From contig MU055922.1 in assembly GCA_013239625.1 (NCBI GenBank), forward strand, positions 8,026,080 to 8,090,079: a DNA stretch of 64,000 nucleotides, given 5' to 3'. The translations under genes and the position numbers were made by a program. This document shows, piece after piece, positions 37,919-50,200 of this stretch; the first letter of the stretch is position 1; each line of letters begins with the position of its first letter. Under the pieces are notes generated by a model. That model was not told the DNA's origin. It searched no databases and saw nothing but the letters and a program-made list of their open reading frames with translations. This DNA is from Lama guanicoe (lineage: Eukaryota).

Positions 37919-38182
37919 CTGTGGTGGCGAGGAGATGCTGTGGGCTGCTAGACACCTCCTTCTTCACATTGCGCAGGGTGACTATGTACTTGGTTCCAGG
38001 CAGCAGGCCGAGGATCTCGTAGCTGTGCTGCTCCTTGGGCACCTGGATCTGCTTCACAGAGAACTCCTTCCCCAGGGGGTAGTAGCTGAGGAGGTAGTGG
38101 TCCACGTGGCTGGAGGGCTCCCAGCTCACCAGCAGGGAATCCTCCGTGCTCCTGAGCAGCTGCAGGCCCTGGGGGGCAACCA
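37919..38182 (-). CDS. TNN: TNN exon 4: FN3 domain 1
   Basis: 264 nt; VVAPQGLQLLRSTEDSLLVSWEP...PQHLLATT; gtgtgcag| and G|GTGAG. Confidence 0.96.
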
Positions 38183-38414
38183 CTGCACACAGAACAGGAA
38201 CAGGCGTGGAGACGGTGAGGAAAGAGCGAGGGGTGGGAATCTACAGCCAATGGGTACCCACTGAGCACCTACTGTATACTTAATACTATGATGGTGGGTG
38301 TGGAGGATACAGAGCCCATGTAAGGCACCATTGTGGGCCCCCAGAAAGTTATTATCTGGTTCGGAGTTAACACTGACACCCTCCCCAACACACACATCTA
38401 TTAAATCACGTAAG

Positions 38415-38560
38415 ACCAGCATCAGCAGCGCCTTGGAACGTCTCAGAAATGCAGATTCCTGGGCCCCACGTCAGATCTGCTGAATCAGAAGGCCAGGGTG
38501 GGATCCAGAAATCTATGTGTTAACACGCCTTCCACGGGATTCTGATGCAGGCTACAGGTG
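38415..38560. mobile_element. MER5A-like fragment
   Basis: CAGCATCAGCA...AGAAATGCAGATTCCTGGGCCCCAC...CTGAATCAGAA...GATTCTGATGCA. Confidence 0.72.
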
Positions 38561-38589
38561 GGGTCCCCTGCATGGGACGAAGTGTAACT

Positions 38590-39090
38590 GGTGGCTGACG
38601 GTGCTGCGGGGACCGCGGGTGCAGGTTAAGGAGAGCGGCGGGCCAAGGCACGTCTGGGCGCTCACCCTGGGCGCAGTCGAGGCCGGTGAAGCCGTCCTCG
38701 CAGTAGCACTCGCCCGTGTCGCAGAAGCCGTGGCCGCTGCAGTCGCCGGGGCAGCGCCGCTCGCTGCAGTCCTCCGACATGAAGTCCTCGTGGCACTGGC
38801 AGGCGCCGCGCACGCACGCGCCGTGCCCGCTGCAGTTCTCGGGGCAGGCGGGGTAGGCGCAGTCGGCGCCCGCGTACGGCGGGTCGCACACGCAGCGGCC
38901 GGCCTCGCAGCGCCCGTGGCCGCTGCACGCGCCGGGGCACGCGGGCCGCTCGCAGTCGGCGCCCTCCCAGCCCTGCTCGCAGCGGCAGCTGCAGGTCTCC
39001 GGGGAGAAGGTCCCGCGGCCGCTGCAGTGGCGGCTCAGACCTGCCGGGGAGAGAGGAAAACCGTGCGGCTGCGGCTGGAGGGCCTGTGAG
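38590..39090. other. Intragenic CpG-rich island over exon 3
   Basis: Visibly very GC- and CpG-dense (cgcgcacgcacgcgccgtgcccgc...) relative to CpG-poor flanks. Confidence 0.75.
38666..39040 (-). CDS. TNN: TNN exon 3: tenascin-type EGF-like repeats (about 3.5)
   Basis: 375 nt, phase 1-1; GLSRHCSGRGTF...CPGDCSGHGFCDTGECYCEDGFTGLDCAQ; AG/GT boundaries. Confidence 0.96.
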
Positions 39091-40471
39091 TGGGGAATCT
39101 CCTTACCTGGGGACCCTAAGAGCAGGCTGGTGATTTCAGGGCCCTGCACGGCCCTTTCGAGAAAGGTAGGGCCCATGGGGAAGACAAGGGATCCACCCTT
39201 TTCAACCTGGACCAGATTGGGACCTGCGAAATCTGTATTTTTGGCATGAAAAGTCACAGGAGCTACCCTCCCCTTGCCCTTTTTATCTCAAGCTCTCATG
39301 TGAATTCTCCTGGTTTCCTCCCCTGTAAATGGTGCTAATAATTTTTACCTTCCTATGAAAGTGCCTTAAATACTCCAGCCTGGTCATGGGGGGAGCATCT
39401 TACAGTAAGGAGCAGGGATCGTGGGACAGGCAGGAGAAATCCAGGCTGGCAGGGAGCTTGTCCTATCTTGGTTGGAAGGCACTGGACCTAGTCAGGCTGG
39501 GTCCTTGGGAAATGAGCCCCAATCAAAGCCTGGAAATACGAACCTGCAGAAGCTATAAAATAGCCCAGGCTCATTACGAGGGTAAGGGGTGGGAACAGGG
39601 ATTAACCAGGCTCCCCTCTCTAACCTGGGACAGCAAGAAGCAGTTGGAGGGAGAGTCCGTTGTCCCTGTCTCTTCACCAGCCCGAGCTCCTGCTTCTCAG
39701 AACACCCTCTTTCCTTCCTAAAAACTTTTGACATGGAGGCCCCTCTGGGGCAGTTCCACCCTGTTTTATTTATGGTAGCATCCCTAGTGCCTAGTTCTGT
39801 GTCTGGCCTATAGAAGGTGCTCTTAATGGTAGCAATTTCTTCAGGCATAAAAATGTATGTCACAGCACCGCTGGTTATTATTTGGATAGCCTGGGCAGTT
39901 TATGTTGAAATTAAAAAAAAAAAAGTTGATGAGGGCTCGCTATTTGTAAAATCAAATTGTAGTACTTTATTACTAATAAAAGAGTTAACCATTTGCTGAA
40001 TTTGGGGCCAGGATGCTTATATACATCATCTATAGCTCTCAGAATGAGACTGGTTGATAGAATTATCCTCGATGGACAGTTGAGGAAACTTAAGGAATTT
40101 GCCCAAAGTCACACAGCTCAAGAATGGCAGAACCAGGATTTGTACCCAATGCTGTCTAGCTCCAAGGCTGTCAGTCTTTCCTCTCTAGACTGTTGCTTTC
40201 CCTGACAGTAGAGGTTGGATCTACAGGTAAAATGGTACCTGGAAGCATTCTCACCCAGAAGCATTAACCCTAGAGCCCAGACTCACTTTAAGAATTGCTG
40301 GTCCCTCTGTACTCAGCCTTGCAGATAATCCCTGGAGCTAGTGCCAGCGATGACACCCCTTAGAGAGAACTCGGAGTGAGAAGTGGAGAGCTCATGAAGC
40401 TGGCAGAACACCTGGTACATAGAAGGTGCTCATTCAGTGTTTGTTGAATAAATATCAGATGGTAAACTCAC

Positions 40472-40877
40472 CGGCAGCTCCCAGGCAGCAGTGCTGGGCA
40501 CTACAGCGCTCTTTCACCTCTGCCATCTCTTCCTCCAGCTTCTTCACCCGGGCCAGGAGGTCCTGGATGCTGCCTGCCAGCTCACAGTCCTTCCGTGGTG
40601 TCTGCAGGCGGATGTTGTGCCTAAAGATGATGTTCTGTTCCTCAGCGTCCCCCGGGGCCAGGAGCGAGGTCCCATCATCCCTGAGGGATTGAGGGTCGGT
40701 TTCCACCTGGACCAGCGCAGACTTGGGCACATCAATCTTGTAGGTGTGGCTGACGGTGACCTGTTGTTCCTTGTCGCTGCAGCCAGGAGACTCAAGAGTG
40801 GCCGGGGCCGAGGCCACCAAGAGCACAGAGCCAAACAGGAGCCCCAGGGGCAAGCAGGACATCCCCTGGAGACTCAT
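40472..40877 (-). CDS. TNN: TNN exon 2 coding part: signal peptide plus tenascin assembly (heptad/Cys) domain; exon starts at 40912 with 35 nt of 5'UTR
   Basis: ATG at 40877 (MSLQGMSCLPLGLLFGSVLLVASAPATLE...CCLGAA); acceptor ttttttctggatgcag| at 40913/40912; donor G|GTGAG at 40472; 406 nt. Confidence 0.95.
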
Positions 40878-42718
40878 CCTTGGAGAGACTGGGAACAGAC
40901 ACTCCAGGAGGCCTGCATCCAGAAAAAAATGCAAGAGAAAGCCATGGAGATTTGCTGATGGAAATTGGCCTTTTTAATGGATTCTTAGAGTCCACAGGAA
41001 GCTGAGAAATGAGCAGAAAGATTTCATCCTCTATCTCCTGCGGATCCGAACTAAATTATTTTTCTTCCTTCTTCACACGTTGCACGTTCCTGCCTCCTGT
41101 CCTTGCTGACACTATTCACACTCCCTGGGAGGCCCTCCTCTTCATTTCTAATTGTGTATTTCACCTGCACTTTAATAGTAACAAAGGGAACGGCTTCTTG
41201 TGTTGAGGGTCTACTGCGTGCCAGGCTTTGCTCACCCTCGTCCCTGATCTATACAACAAGCGTAATATCATGCCCCCCACTAACCACCCCGGCAATACTG
41301 GCTGCACATGGAGCCCAGGCTGTCCCAGGCACCGTTTTAAGTGTTCTACGATTATTACTTCTGTCGTCACAACCACCCTTTGTGGAAATACCGTTACCCC
41401 CATTTTAGAGATAGAAAAAGCGAGGCACTGCTGCCTCAAGTGACTTGCCCACAGGCACATGGCCAAGAGTGGCAGAATTTGAACCCAGGAAGTCTGGCTC
41501 CAGGGTCCATGTTGGGCACCAGGACATCATGCTGCCTCGCACAGATAAGGAGGCAGAGGCTTAAGGGGCAGAGCATGTTGACCTGGGTACCATGGCCAGG
41601 AAGGGCAGAGCCTGTACTCAGACCCCAGGTCAGTGTCCCGCTCCTCACCTCTGCCCACAAGTCAGCAAAAGAGCAGAATTTCTAATAAAAATGCCTTCTC
41701 CACGAAGTCTTCTCTCACACCTCCCTCCCTCCCCCCAAGCTAGTAACTAGTTCTCCTTCTATGGAGCCATCAGAGAAATGTACTGGTCCCTCTGTGTGTC
41801 TCCTGGTGGTTATTCATAAGTTGTAATTACTCCTCTGTGCAGCTTGTCTCCATGCAAGGTCTCTTAAGGACAGGACCCAAGGCTGATTGCTCTCGGGCTC
41901 CCCCCAAGGCGGGAGCACAGAGTCAGCCTCAGATCTTCCGGTGCTCAGGTGGCCTGATTAGCAAGTCAGGCCAGGCCCCCCACGTCCAACCCGGGCCAGA
42001 GCAGGCTGTTATGTTCAGCCACCCCGCCGCCAGCAGGAGGTGTGGGCCTCCAGCACCATCAGGGTACAGGGGACCCCTCTCCCCTAGTGCCCCCAGCCCC
42101 GAGCTGGGATGGCACATTCTTGATCACAACGAGCTAAGGCAGGGCAGACTGCAGGGCCCTGGTGTGTGCCTCACATTCACTCACAGGCACGCAGTCACCA
42201 GGACGCTTCTCAGTCGGGCTGTCAGCCAGAAACCAATCCACAGAGCTGCCTCTTGACCACGGGCTTCGGTGACCAACTCAAGACTCATAAGCACTTGTAC
42301 CAGAGACTGAAGCCGCGAAGCCCAGTCCTTACAGTGGCTGTGTCCCACTCAAGCCCAGGCTTTCCCTCCCCATCATGCAAGGCAGCTACGACACTAAGAG
42401 GACAAATGGCACAGGTCCGAGGCTGTTTATCCTGCACTTTACTCTCCTCAGTCGTATAGTGGGAATGACAATGCTGGCTTGACTGCATTGTATGTGAAAA
42501 GCATTCAGTGCCACGCCAAGCAGAGTAAGGGCTCAGAAAAGGTTTTGAGGTCTGTTTCGGTTTTGATTAACCACTGAGTATGACTTCCTTCTCTCATCTT
42601 TTTGTACTGGGAAGGGTGATATCAGTACTGAAAAGCACATACAACATAAATTGTATGATGAATTGTTACAAAGACAATAGCCACGGACCCACCACCTAGG
42701 TTAAGAACTAGAATATTG

Positions 42719-43106
42719 TGGATGGGGAGGGGATTCTACTTAGTGAAATAAGTCAGACAGAGGAAGAAAAATACTGTGTGTTTTCACTTATATGTAGAAT
42801 ATAGCAAATAAAACAAGCAAATACAACAGAACAGAAGCATATGCACGGATACAGAGAATAAACTAGTGGTTACCAGAGGGGACGGGGTGGGGGAAGGGGC
42901 AAAACAGGTGAAGTGGATCAAGAGGTACATATAATTAGATATAAAATAAGTCACAAGGATAAAATATACAGCAGATGAATGTAGTTAATATTTTATAATA
43001 ACTTTGGATGGAGTATAATCTATAAAAATATCAAATTACTATGTTGTACACCTGAAATGAATGTGATATTGTAAGTCAACTATGCTTCAATTAAAAGTTT
43101 TTTAAA
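42719..43106 (+). mobile_element. 5'-truncated L1 3'UTR with ~16-bp TSD, inserted in an older L1ME-like relic
   Basis: AGTGAAATAAGTCAGACAGAG...GTAAGTCAACTATGCTTCAATTAAAA; AAGA(A/G)CTAGAATATTG at 42703-42718 and 43107-43122. Confidence 0.82.
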
Positions 43107-46100
43107 AAGAGCTAGAATATTGCCAGCATCCTGGAGGTCCCCCACCTGCCCCCACCGGATGCAGCCTCCTCTCCTAACCAGTAGTTCAAGTCAGCGGAAT
43201 GCCATCAAGAGAACTGACCTGGGCAGATAACTCTGTTGGTCCGAAAAGGAAGAAAACTTCCTAGTCATTAAACCAAATTCTAACTCTGTGTAAAAATTTT
43301 AATTCTTAATAATCATCATTTATTTAGTATCAGGAAGCAGAGGAAATAGAGGCTGAAGGGCCCTGGCAGAATTATTGTTAAAAATAACAACAGTAACATA
43401 ACAATAATATTAAGTGTTATTTGTCAAGTTGCTGCTATGTGTGAGGCATTGGCCAAGTGCATGAATCCTCCTAGCTGCTCTGTAAGGTCGCTACTACTGT
43501 CCTCACCCCCGTGAGGAACCAGGTGTTGAAAGTAGCCTCACTTACCAGGAGTTGCTCACCTAGCAAGTGGCACAGGCAGGATTCTAACTGAGGTGCGTCT
43601 GACTGCAAGCCTGTGCTTGCTCTGCACTGATTCCGCATTCTGATGCAAATAACAACTCAGTTCAGTGCGTACCTATTTCTGTGCAATCTCCTCCTTTGGG
43701 CAGATGTCCTGTGTATTGGACCCAAAGGTCATGCCATCCCTGTGAACAGCACCACAGGAAAATTCTTCATGTTCCCCGCTTGCCCCTCTCACTCCTTCTT
43801 GGTTCTTCCCAAAGCATGTATTACTAATAAGAGCAATAATAATAGGGCACCTTTTCTGAGTGCTTACTACATCCCAGGAGCTGGCCCCGACACCTTGCAG
43901 AGGTAATGGAATGGTCGGTGAGACATTTCTTGCTGTCAGGTGATTTGGACAGTGGGTAATAAATGCCCACACATTTTAAGGAAAGCTGCTTTACTGGAGA
44001 TTTTCTGGGGGTGGGAAGTCGGGGTGAGTAGGAAGTGGAAGGTAAGAGACCAGTGCCTGCCCCTTGCCTGGAGGAATTCCGAGATGAGAGTTTGCCTGGA
44101 ACACGCTGCACAGCAGACACTGCAGGGAGGGCTCGGTGGGAGGGGCTTGTACCCCAGACTTTGGGGAGACAATATGTAGTAAGTCCTGCCATAGGTCGTC
44201 TATGCCACAGAAACAAGGCAGCTGAGATGAGGAGCAGCCCCACAGCTCTGCCCAGTGGGCAAATTACCGGAGATGGTGCCCAGAGGGTAGAATGGGGGCT
44301 GTCTGCAGAACCTACAAAAGGTTCCCACGAAAGGGGGCGAGTGGAGCCAGCATTGGGAGCAGCTGCCCTAAGGAGGGCACCTGATAACCAGAGGGAATTA
44401 CTGCAACAGCCCCTGCTAAAGAAAACTGTCTTTTTCTTTCTCTTCTCCCACTCCTCCCTGCCTCCATCAGCAACCTGGGGAAGCCAGAAAGGGTTGAGCA
44501 AGTTGGGGTGGAGGATGGAGGAAGAGACACACCAGTCCAACCACAGTCCCCTGCCCTCCCGCTCATCTGCGGATTTTGCATCAGCCTGAACTGGGTGGCC
44601 TGGATGGGAAACAGGCTCTGATACTGGGAATGGACCTGCCTTTCACAAAGGGGTTCTCTTCCAACCCTAAAAGTGACCAGAAAAGCTCTGCAATCTGCTT
44701 GAGATTTTTGTCAGAGGACGGGGGAGGTGAGGAACCCCAGGAGACTGAGTTGGAAGGCAGGTGTAGGATAAAAATTACGGTATTTCACAATCACTGCTTC
44801 AAAAGTTCAGCCCAGTGATAAAACAGTCACACATATTCTCTGCTTACTTCCTAGGATGGAAACTGAGGCTCAGAAGCAACAAGCAACGTGCCCCTGATTG
44901 TGCATGAGAGGGCAAGGTCGCAGATTGGAACCCAGGTGCGTGGTGACCGCTAACTGAGCCGTTAACCCCTGGGTGCTCTGCCATCCCCAGTAACCACACA
45001 GATGCATCTGAAAAGCGCTGCTACGCACCAGCAGCACCTGAGTTTCCACTGTCCAAAACCCCTTCCAGGAAACAAGAGGCCTAAACCAGCGGGGTCCAGA
45101 CCTCTCTGCCCACTGCTGCCGTCCAACTCCCACCCCCCGCCCACAGCTCACTACTCTCCAAGACATAAACTGAGTGCAGATGGTTTTCTGAAGAAGTTCT
45201 GAACGAATGCAAAAAAAAATATCCATGGATTCATGCCATAAACCGCAGCAAGGCTGTGCACAGCCCAGTCTCACAGTGTTTTTGAAGCCTGGAATAGGAG
45301 AAACCCCAGAGGCCCTTGTAGGAGCGTTCGCTGTCACTCATCCTTATAATTTGTAGCAAGATGTCCTCACTAATTACACTGTCTCGGATGCCACACATTG
45401 AGCTCAGATTTTCCTGGGCAGGGTGATTGCTCGAAAGAAGGTGAGAGCAGGGGAAGTCCTCCACCTAGCACTGCTGTTAAGGGTGATGAGCAGGAGGAAG
45501 AGCCTCTGGCTCTCTCTCCGACACGTGGCAGGAGGATCAGCGTAAGGAAGGGGTGACCTCACCATCTCTTTTATGCACAGCGGGCACAGGCCGAGCGCCG
45601 CAAGGATAGGGAGGGGCTGGTGAGGGCAGTAAATGCAGGCTAACAAGTTTCTGAATGATGATGGCTCATCTGACCCCTCACGGAAAGAGGGGTCAATGCT
45701 GTAGGAATGTGTCAGGCAAAGGGGGCTTGCATGCCAGGAGTATGCGTGCAGGAAAGCCAACAGCCCCAAGCATCAGTGTCACCGATGGAACATGTCTTGA
45801 ATTCTGGCTGCAGGAGGGGTGGTGGGTGGTGTGGGGAGATGGGGGGCAGAGGCACATGAAGACTCAGGAGGAATGCTGCCTGGTAGTACTTTTTCAAGAA
45901 AGGCTTTTCGAGGTGTATACTGCTGACCATGACCTGGATGGATGGCTGCCCTGGCTCGGCCCTGAGGGGCACACTGTAGACACAGGGCTCTATGTTTGTG
46001 CCTGATTCATTGTCTCACGCCTACCCCTTGGCTTTAATTTCCAGCCAAACACTGACAGCTCCCAAATCTGTATCTGAATTCCTAGCCTAAACATCCCTGT

Positions 46101-49100
46101 AAGCTCAGGGATAGTGTGGCCATGACTGTGTTGATCCCCTCTGTATCCACAGCCCAGTTCTGGCCAAAGCAATATTTTGTGTATTAAGTAATAATAGGGA
46201 CTGGTGGTTTTGCATATGTGTTTATTAGATGATGGGTACTGTGCCAAACACTTCATAAACATTATTTTCATTTAATTGTCAAAATCCTAGGAGTCAATTG
46301 ATATTATTCATTGTTACAGGTGCTCAGAGAGGTTAAATAACTTGTCTAAGGACACACATCTAATAAGCAGCAAAGCTGGGATCAAATACCAGGTCTATCC
46401 ATTCTCCGTATCTGTGTTCTTCATCTCTCTCTGCTGTGTGTACTGCCTCACATGAAAAAATCCAATGAGAAGATTACCACATGTGAAAAAGAGACCAAAT
46501 GTCTTCCTTCCTGTCATATTTAAGAGAGGGATTCTTCTGAAAAAAAGAAACCCAAGGCATACTGGGTGCTCAGTAAAACATTAATTGCTTAATAACTAAA
46601 TCCTATGCCAGTACTTTCTCTGAGCAGTACCAGGGATGACCCCACCCCCATCCTGGGAAGATAAATTTGTGTTCATCTCATAGGGAAGTTAAATTCTGGT
46701 CACTTCTGATGAGAGGCTGGAAAATTCCCTTCCTAGGAAACCCAAAGCAGACCAAGACTTCTGTCTATAGGGGCAGATATCAACCAAGTCTTGGCCAGAG
46801 GAGAAGGATGGACTCTGATCCCAGATGGTCCTCTCTAGTCCTAGGCTGATAGTCTCCACACAACCTCATTTCTCCAAACAAGGGCACATACCCTGGTCAG
46901 GGATAAAATATGCTACTTACATCAAAGAGATTGGCAACCAATTTCTTAACCACCATCACAGATCTTTCTACTTAAATTTAGGGCTTTCTCTGGTTCCCTG
47001 ATTACCTCATCTTGCCCTTATAGTTAACCACAAGCAAATAAGAGTGCTGCTTTGGGTTTTTAGAAAAACTGTATTATCTTGGATTTCCAGTGGAATCACT
47101 TAAAATAATATTCTGTCCCCAAATGACAGGGTGGACATCACTGAGCTATGAAGGAAAGTGATGGAGATGGGTAGCCAGGGGTGCATGTCACAAATGTCAC
47201 CTTCCCCAAACTCTCTAGGACATACTCTGCCAGCGATCTACAACCTGGGCCCTGGGTGAATCCAGGGTCTTTTGACCCAAATACTCAGCCTAGGAGAGCG
47301 AGTTTGTGTGCAACTGAGGAATTGCTCTGGCTCAGCTCATCCTGGATTGGAGACCCTAAGCAACCGATTTCGCCTCTGTATCTCTTCCTCCTTCAGTTTG
47401 CAAGTGCACATCATGCACCAGGCAGTACTGTTTCTGTTGGGTCAAACTCCAGACAAACCAAGTATATATGAACATTTTTATTTCCAGTCTTTGTGACCTT
47501 GAACTCTGCACAGACATTCTCTATAGGACGCAGAACAGCTAGGTGTGAATAAGAATGAAAAATTCATTGTACGTGGTAAGACTTAATATGGTCACATTCC
47601 AGGCATATATCTGCACACCACCCCACCTCTTCTAGTTCAGTGGAATACACCAAGAGGGTGCCCCATAAATCCTTGTGGACACCTCACACTGCTGTGTAAC
47701 ACCCCTTCTCCCAAAAAACTCTTTCCATCAAGTCTGCCTATGCACCATAGGCTGGAAAAGATCAAGGATGGTTGCTCTGACCCAGCCTCAGTGCTTGATC
47801 GCTTTTTCATGGGTGGCCACAGGTTTGTGTGATTATTTTGTTCTATCAACCAAATAGCAATCCAGGTTGTAAAGGCTCAAATGGGTTATGAGAATGGTGG
47901 CTACCATTTTCTAAGCATTGATTGTGTGCCAGCCTCTGTGCTAAGCACTTTTAGATGTTCTTCCTGAACATCAGGCAAAGATGTTCATCTGTCCCACAGG
48001 AAGGAATCCCTTTCTCACAAAAAGACCTTCCTTTTGCTTTCATGGGAAGGCACAGGCTCATACACGAGGAGAAGATAAAATGGACACAAGGGCATAGACT
48101 CAGGGACCTCGAACCACATCAGACCAAGCACCCAGTCTCCAGAATGACCAAGTATTACCTCTTATACAATTAGCCTTCCTCCCCAGGGGCGTGAAGGGGG
48201 TCTGATGACAAACTCTACTTCAACCGAATGATAAAGAAGAGGGGCACATGATGAAAAAGTCGAAATTCCTTTCTTTAGTTTAACATGCAGGTTTCCACAT
48301 ATTGAAGCAAAGTTAAAGTCCCAGCCTGCTGTCAAAGAGGAGAGGCTTTCCCTTATTAATTTCTGAGGACTTGCACCACTCCACCCGCACTCTCTGGGTC
48401 TCTCTTTGAAACCAACAGCACGCATTTCGATGATGGCTGCTTGGCATTAGCAGTGAGTCTGCTGTGGTGAAAGCTGGCAAAGCCCCTGCCTGTCCAGGGA
48501 TCGGGCTTGAGATCTTAGCATCGTCAGTTCGCAGACTGGCGGCTCCAGATGCTGCCACAGAACCTAAACCGTGACCTCATGTCTGTATCCAGACCCTACA
48601 GGAGCCAAGGCTCTGGAATGAGCAGCGGGTGGACAAGAGTTTCCACTGCATCTGGGCACGGTTTCCTCAGGCATCTTCTTGGGAACAGACCTCAGTCTAC
48701 CCTTCATTTCAAACCACAGAACGGGGCTGCAATGGAAACCAGAAGCCACATGATGATTTGAAGTCATGCTGTCCTATTTTCCCTCCTCCAGGAGTCAGCT
48801 GCAGCCCACAAACTTGGGGACACAGGAGGATTCAAAATTACATAAAAGAATGTCAGGTGTTTTTCTTTTCCCCACTTCTTCCCTGGGAAAGTGATGCTAG
48901 TGCACACTTTCCTTCCTGAGTCCCTTCTCCCAACATCACCACCTTGACTCTAAGCCTCCAACAAATGCCCAAACGCCAAAAATCATGGATTTTTTCCACG
49001 TAGATCCTGTGCTCTGCCAGCCACCAATCTACAGTCCTGACTGAGCAAATGTCACTTGATACCCTTGTGATACTTTGGCTTCTTCAAGAACCAGTGGAAG

Positions 49101-49997
49101 TGGACTTCAAGCCCTGTGGTTAACCTATGTCCAGATGTGGGCAGTTTCTCATTTTTATGTTAGGACATGTTCTTTTTTTAATGCTTATATAAGCAACTCA
49201 AGTTTTGTGCTTTCAAGCGACTGTTCTCATTTGGTTCTATCTCTCTCCTTCCCCCAGCTCTCTCCCAAACACAAAAATGTACGAATAGATGAATAAATTT
49301 AAAAGACCTCCAAAAACTAGTCCACCAGCATCATTTATTTAAACGTTTTAAAGTGTTTTCTTTGCAGCACTGTGAGGGTAATAGCATGGGCATTTTGGGA
49401 AAAGAAGTCGTCCCCTTACAAATAAGAATCAAAACCTGTGAAATGAAATGTTTGAATAAACTTCAAAGCTCTTCCAGCCCATCCACAAGCATCATCTTAA
49501 TTGGTATATACGAAACCCAGAAAAGGGAAATGTTAGAATAGTTTCCTGATCACAACTAAAATAAAAGTTCCATTTTCGAATTTTTTAAAAGTGAGATACA
49601 AGAGATAAATTATCCTCCAAAAAGAGGCTTTTGGCATAGTAAAGAAGCCAACAGAGAAATAAAGATGAAAAGAACATGCTAGACTTAAAAGAAACATCTT
49701 ATATAAAAATCTATTACTCCAGGTAGAAATTTCCCTACAACACAGACGCATTTGGCCAGGGAAGGAGACGGTAGTTAGTCCAGTTGTTGGAAGCAAGTAT
49801 CCTACTGGCTTACGACATGTTGCCTGGGTCCTGGGAAGTAGTTCCTAATTGAGTTTTCACTCCTCATGGAGGTGACAGAAGACTGGTTACACTGCCTGCA
49901 TGCTCAGGCTCCGGAAAACTGAGGCACTGGAGTTCATTCCCACCTGGCCACCTCCCTCCGTCCCGTGGGTAAAACCCTCAGATACTGGCATCCTTAC

Positions 49998-50079
49998 CTT
50001 GGAGGCTGCAGGGCACCACTTCCAACAATTCTGCCACCCAAGAGCCGGGCCCCTTGGGCTGCAGACCTTGGTGCTGACT
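49998..50079 (-). other. TNN: Probable non-coding exon 1 of TNN (5' end approximate)
   Basis: Strong donor AAG|GTAAGG at 49998/49997, ~9.1 kb upstream of exon 2. The sequence AGCACCAAGGTCTGC...TTGGAAG...GCAGCCTCCAAG resembles the human TNN 5'UTR as I recall it. TTAAA lies ~30 nt upstream. Confidence 0.75.
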
Positions 50080-50200
50080 CGTCACCTCAGCTTCCCTCCC
50101 TGGGTTTAAGTCCCATCCAGACCAGGGGAGGAGCCAAGAGGGACTCTTGGGTGTTCCCCTCTCTTCTTGGCAGAGATTCAGTTAAGAGATAATGAGCAAC
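50080..50200 (-). promoter_or_regulatory. Candidate TNN core promoter: TATA-like CTTAAA (50105-50110) and SMAD-box CAGAC/GTCTG (50118-50122)
   Basis: Motifs read directly from sequence just upstream of the putative exon 1; function inferred. Confidence 0.5.

Larger units (their letters stand above)
1..50079 (-). other. TNN: Tenascin-N (tenascin-W) gene, 3' end truncated by the window edge; 18 exons visible (numbering counts non-coding exon 1)
   Basis: Spliced translation gives signal peptide, assembly domain (DLLARVKKLEEEMAEVKERCSAQHCC), EGF repeats, FN3 array and fibrinogen globe. Peptides such as HTYKIDVPKSALVQV, YCDMDTDGGGWIVFQRR and EGFGDPMKEFWLGLDKLHNLTTG match TNN as I recall it. All junctions are GT-AG and phase-compatible. 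Confidence 0.97.
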
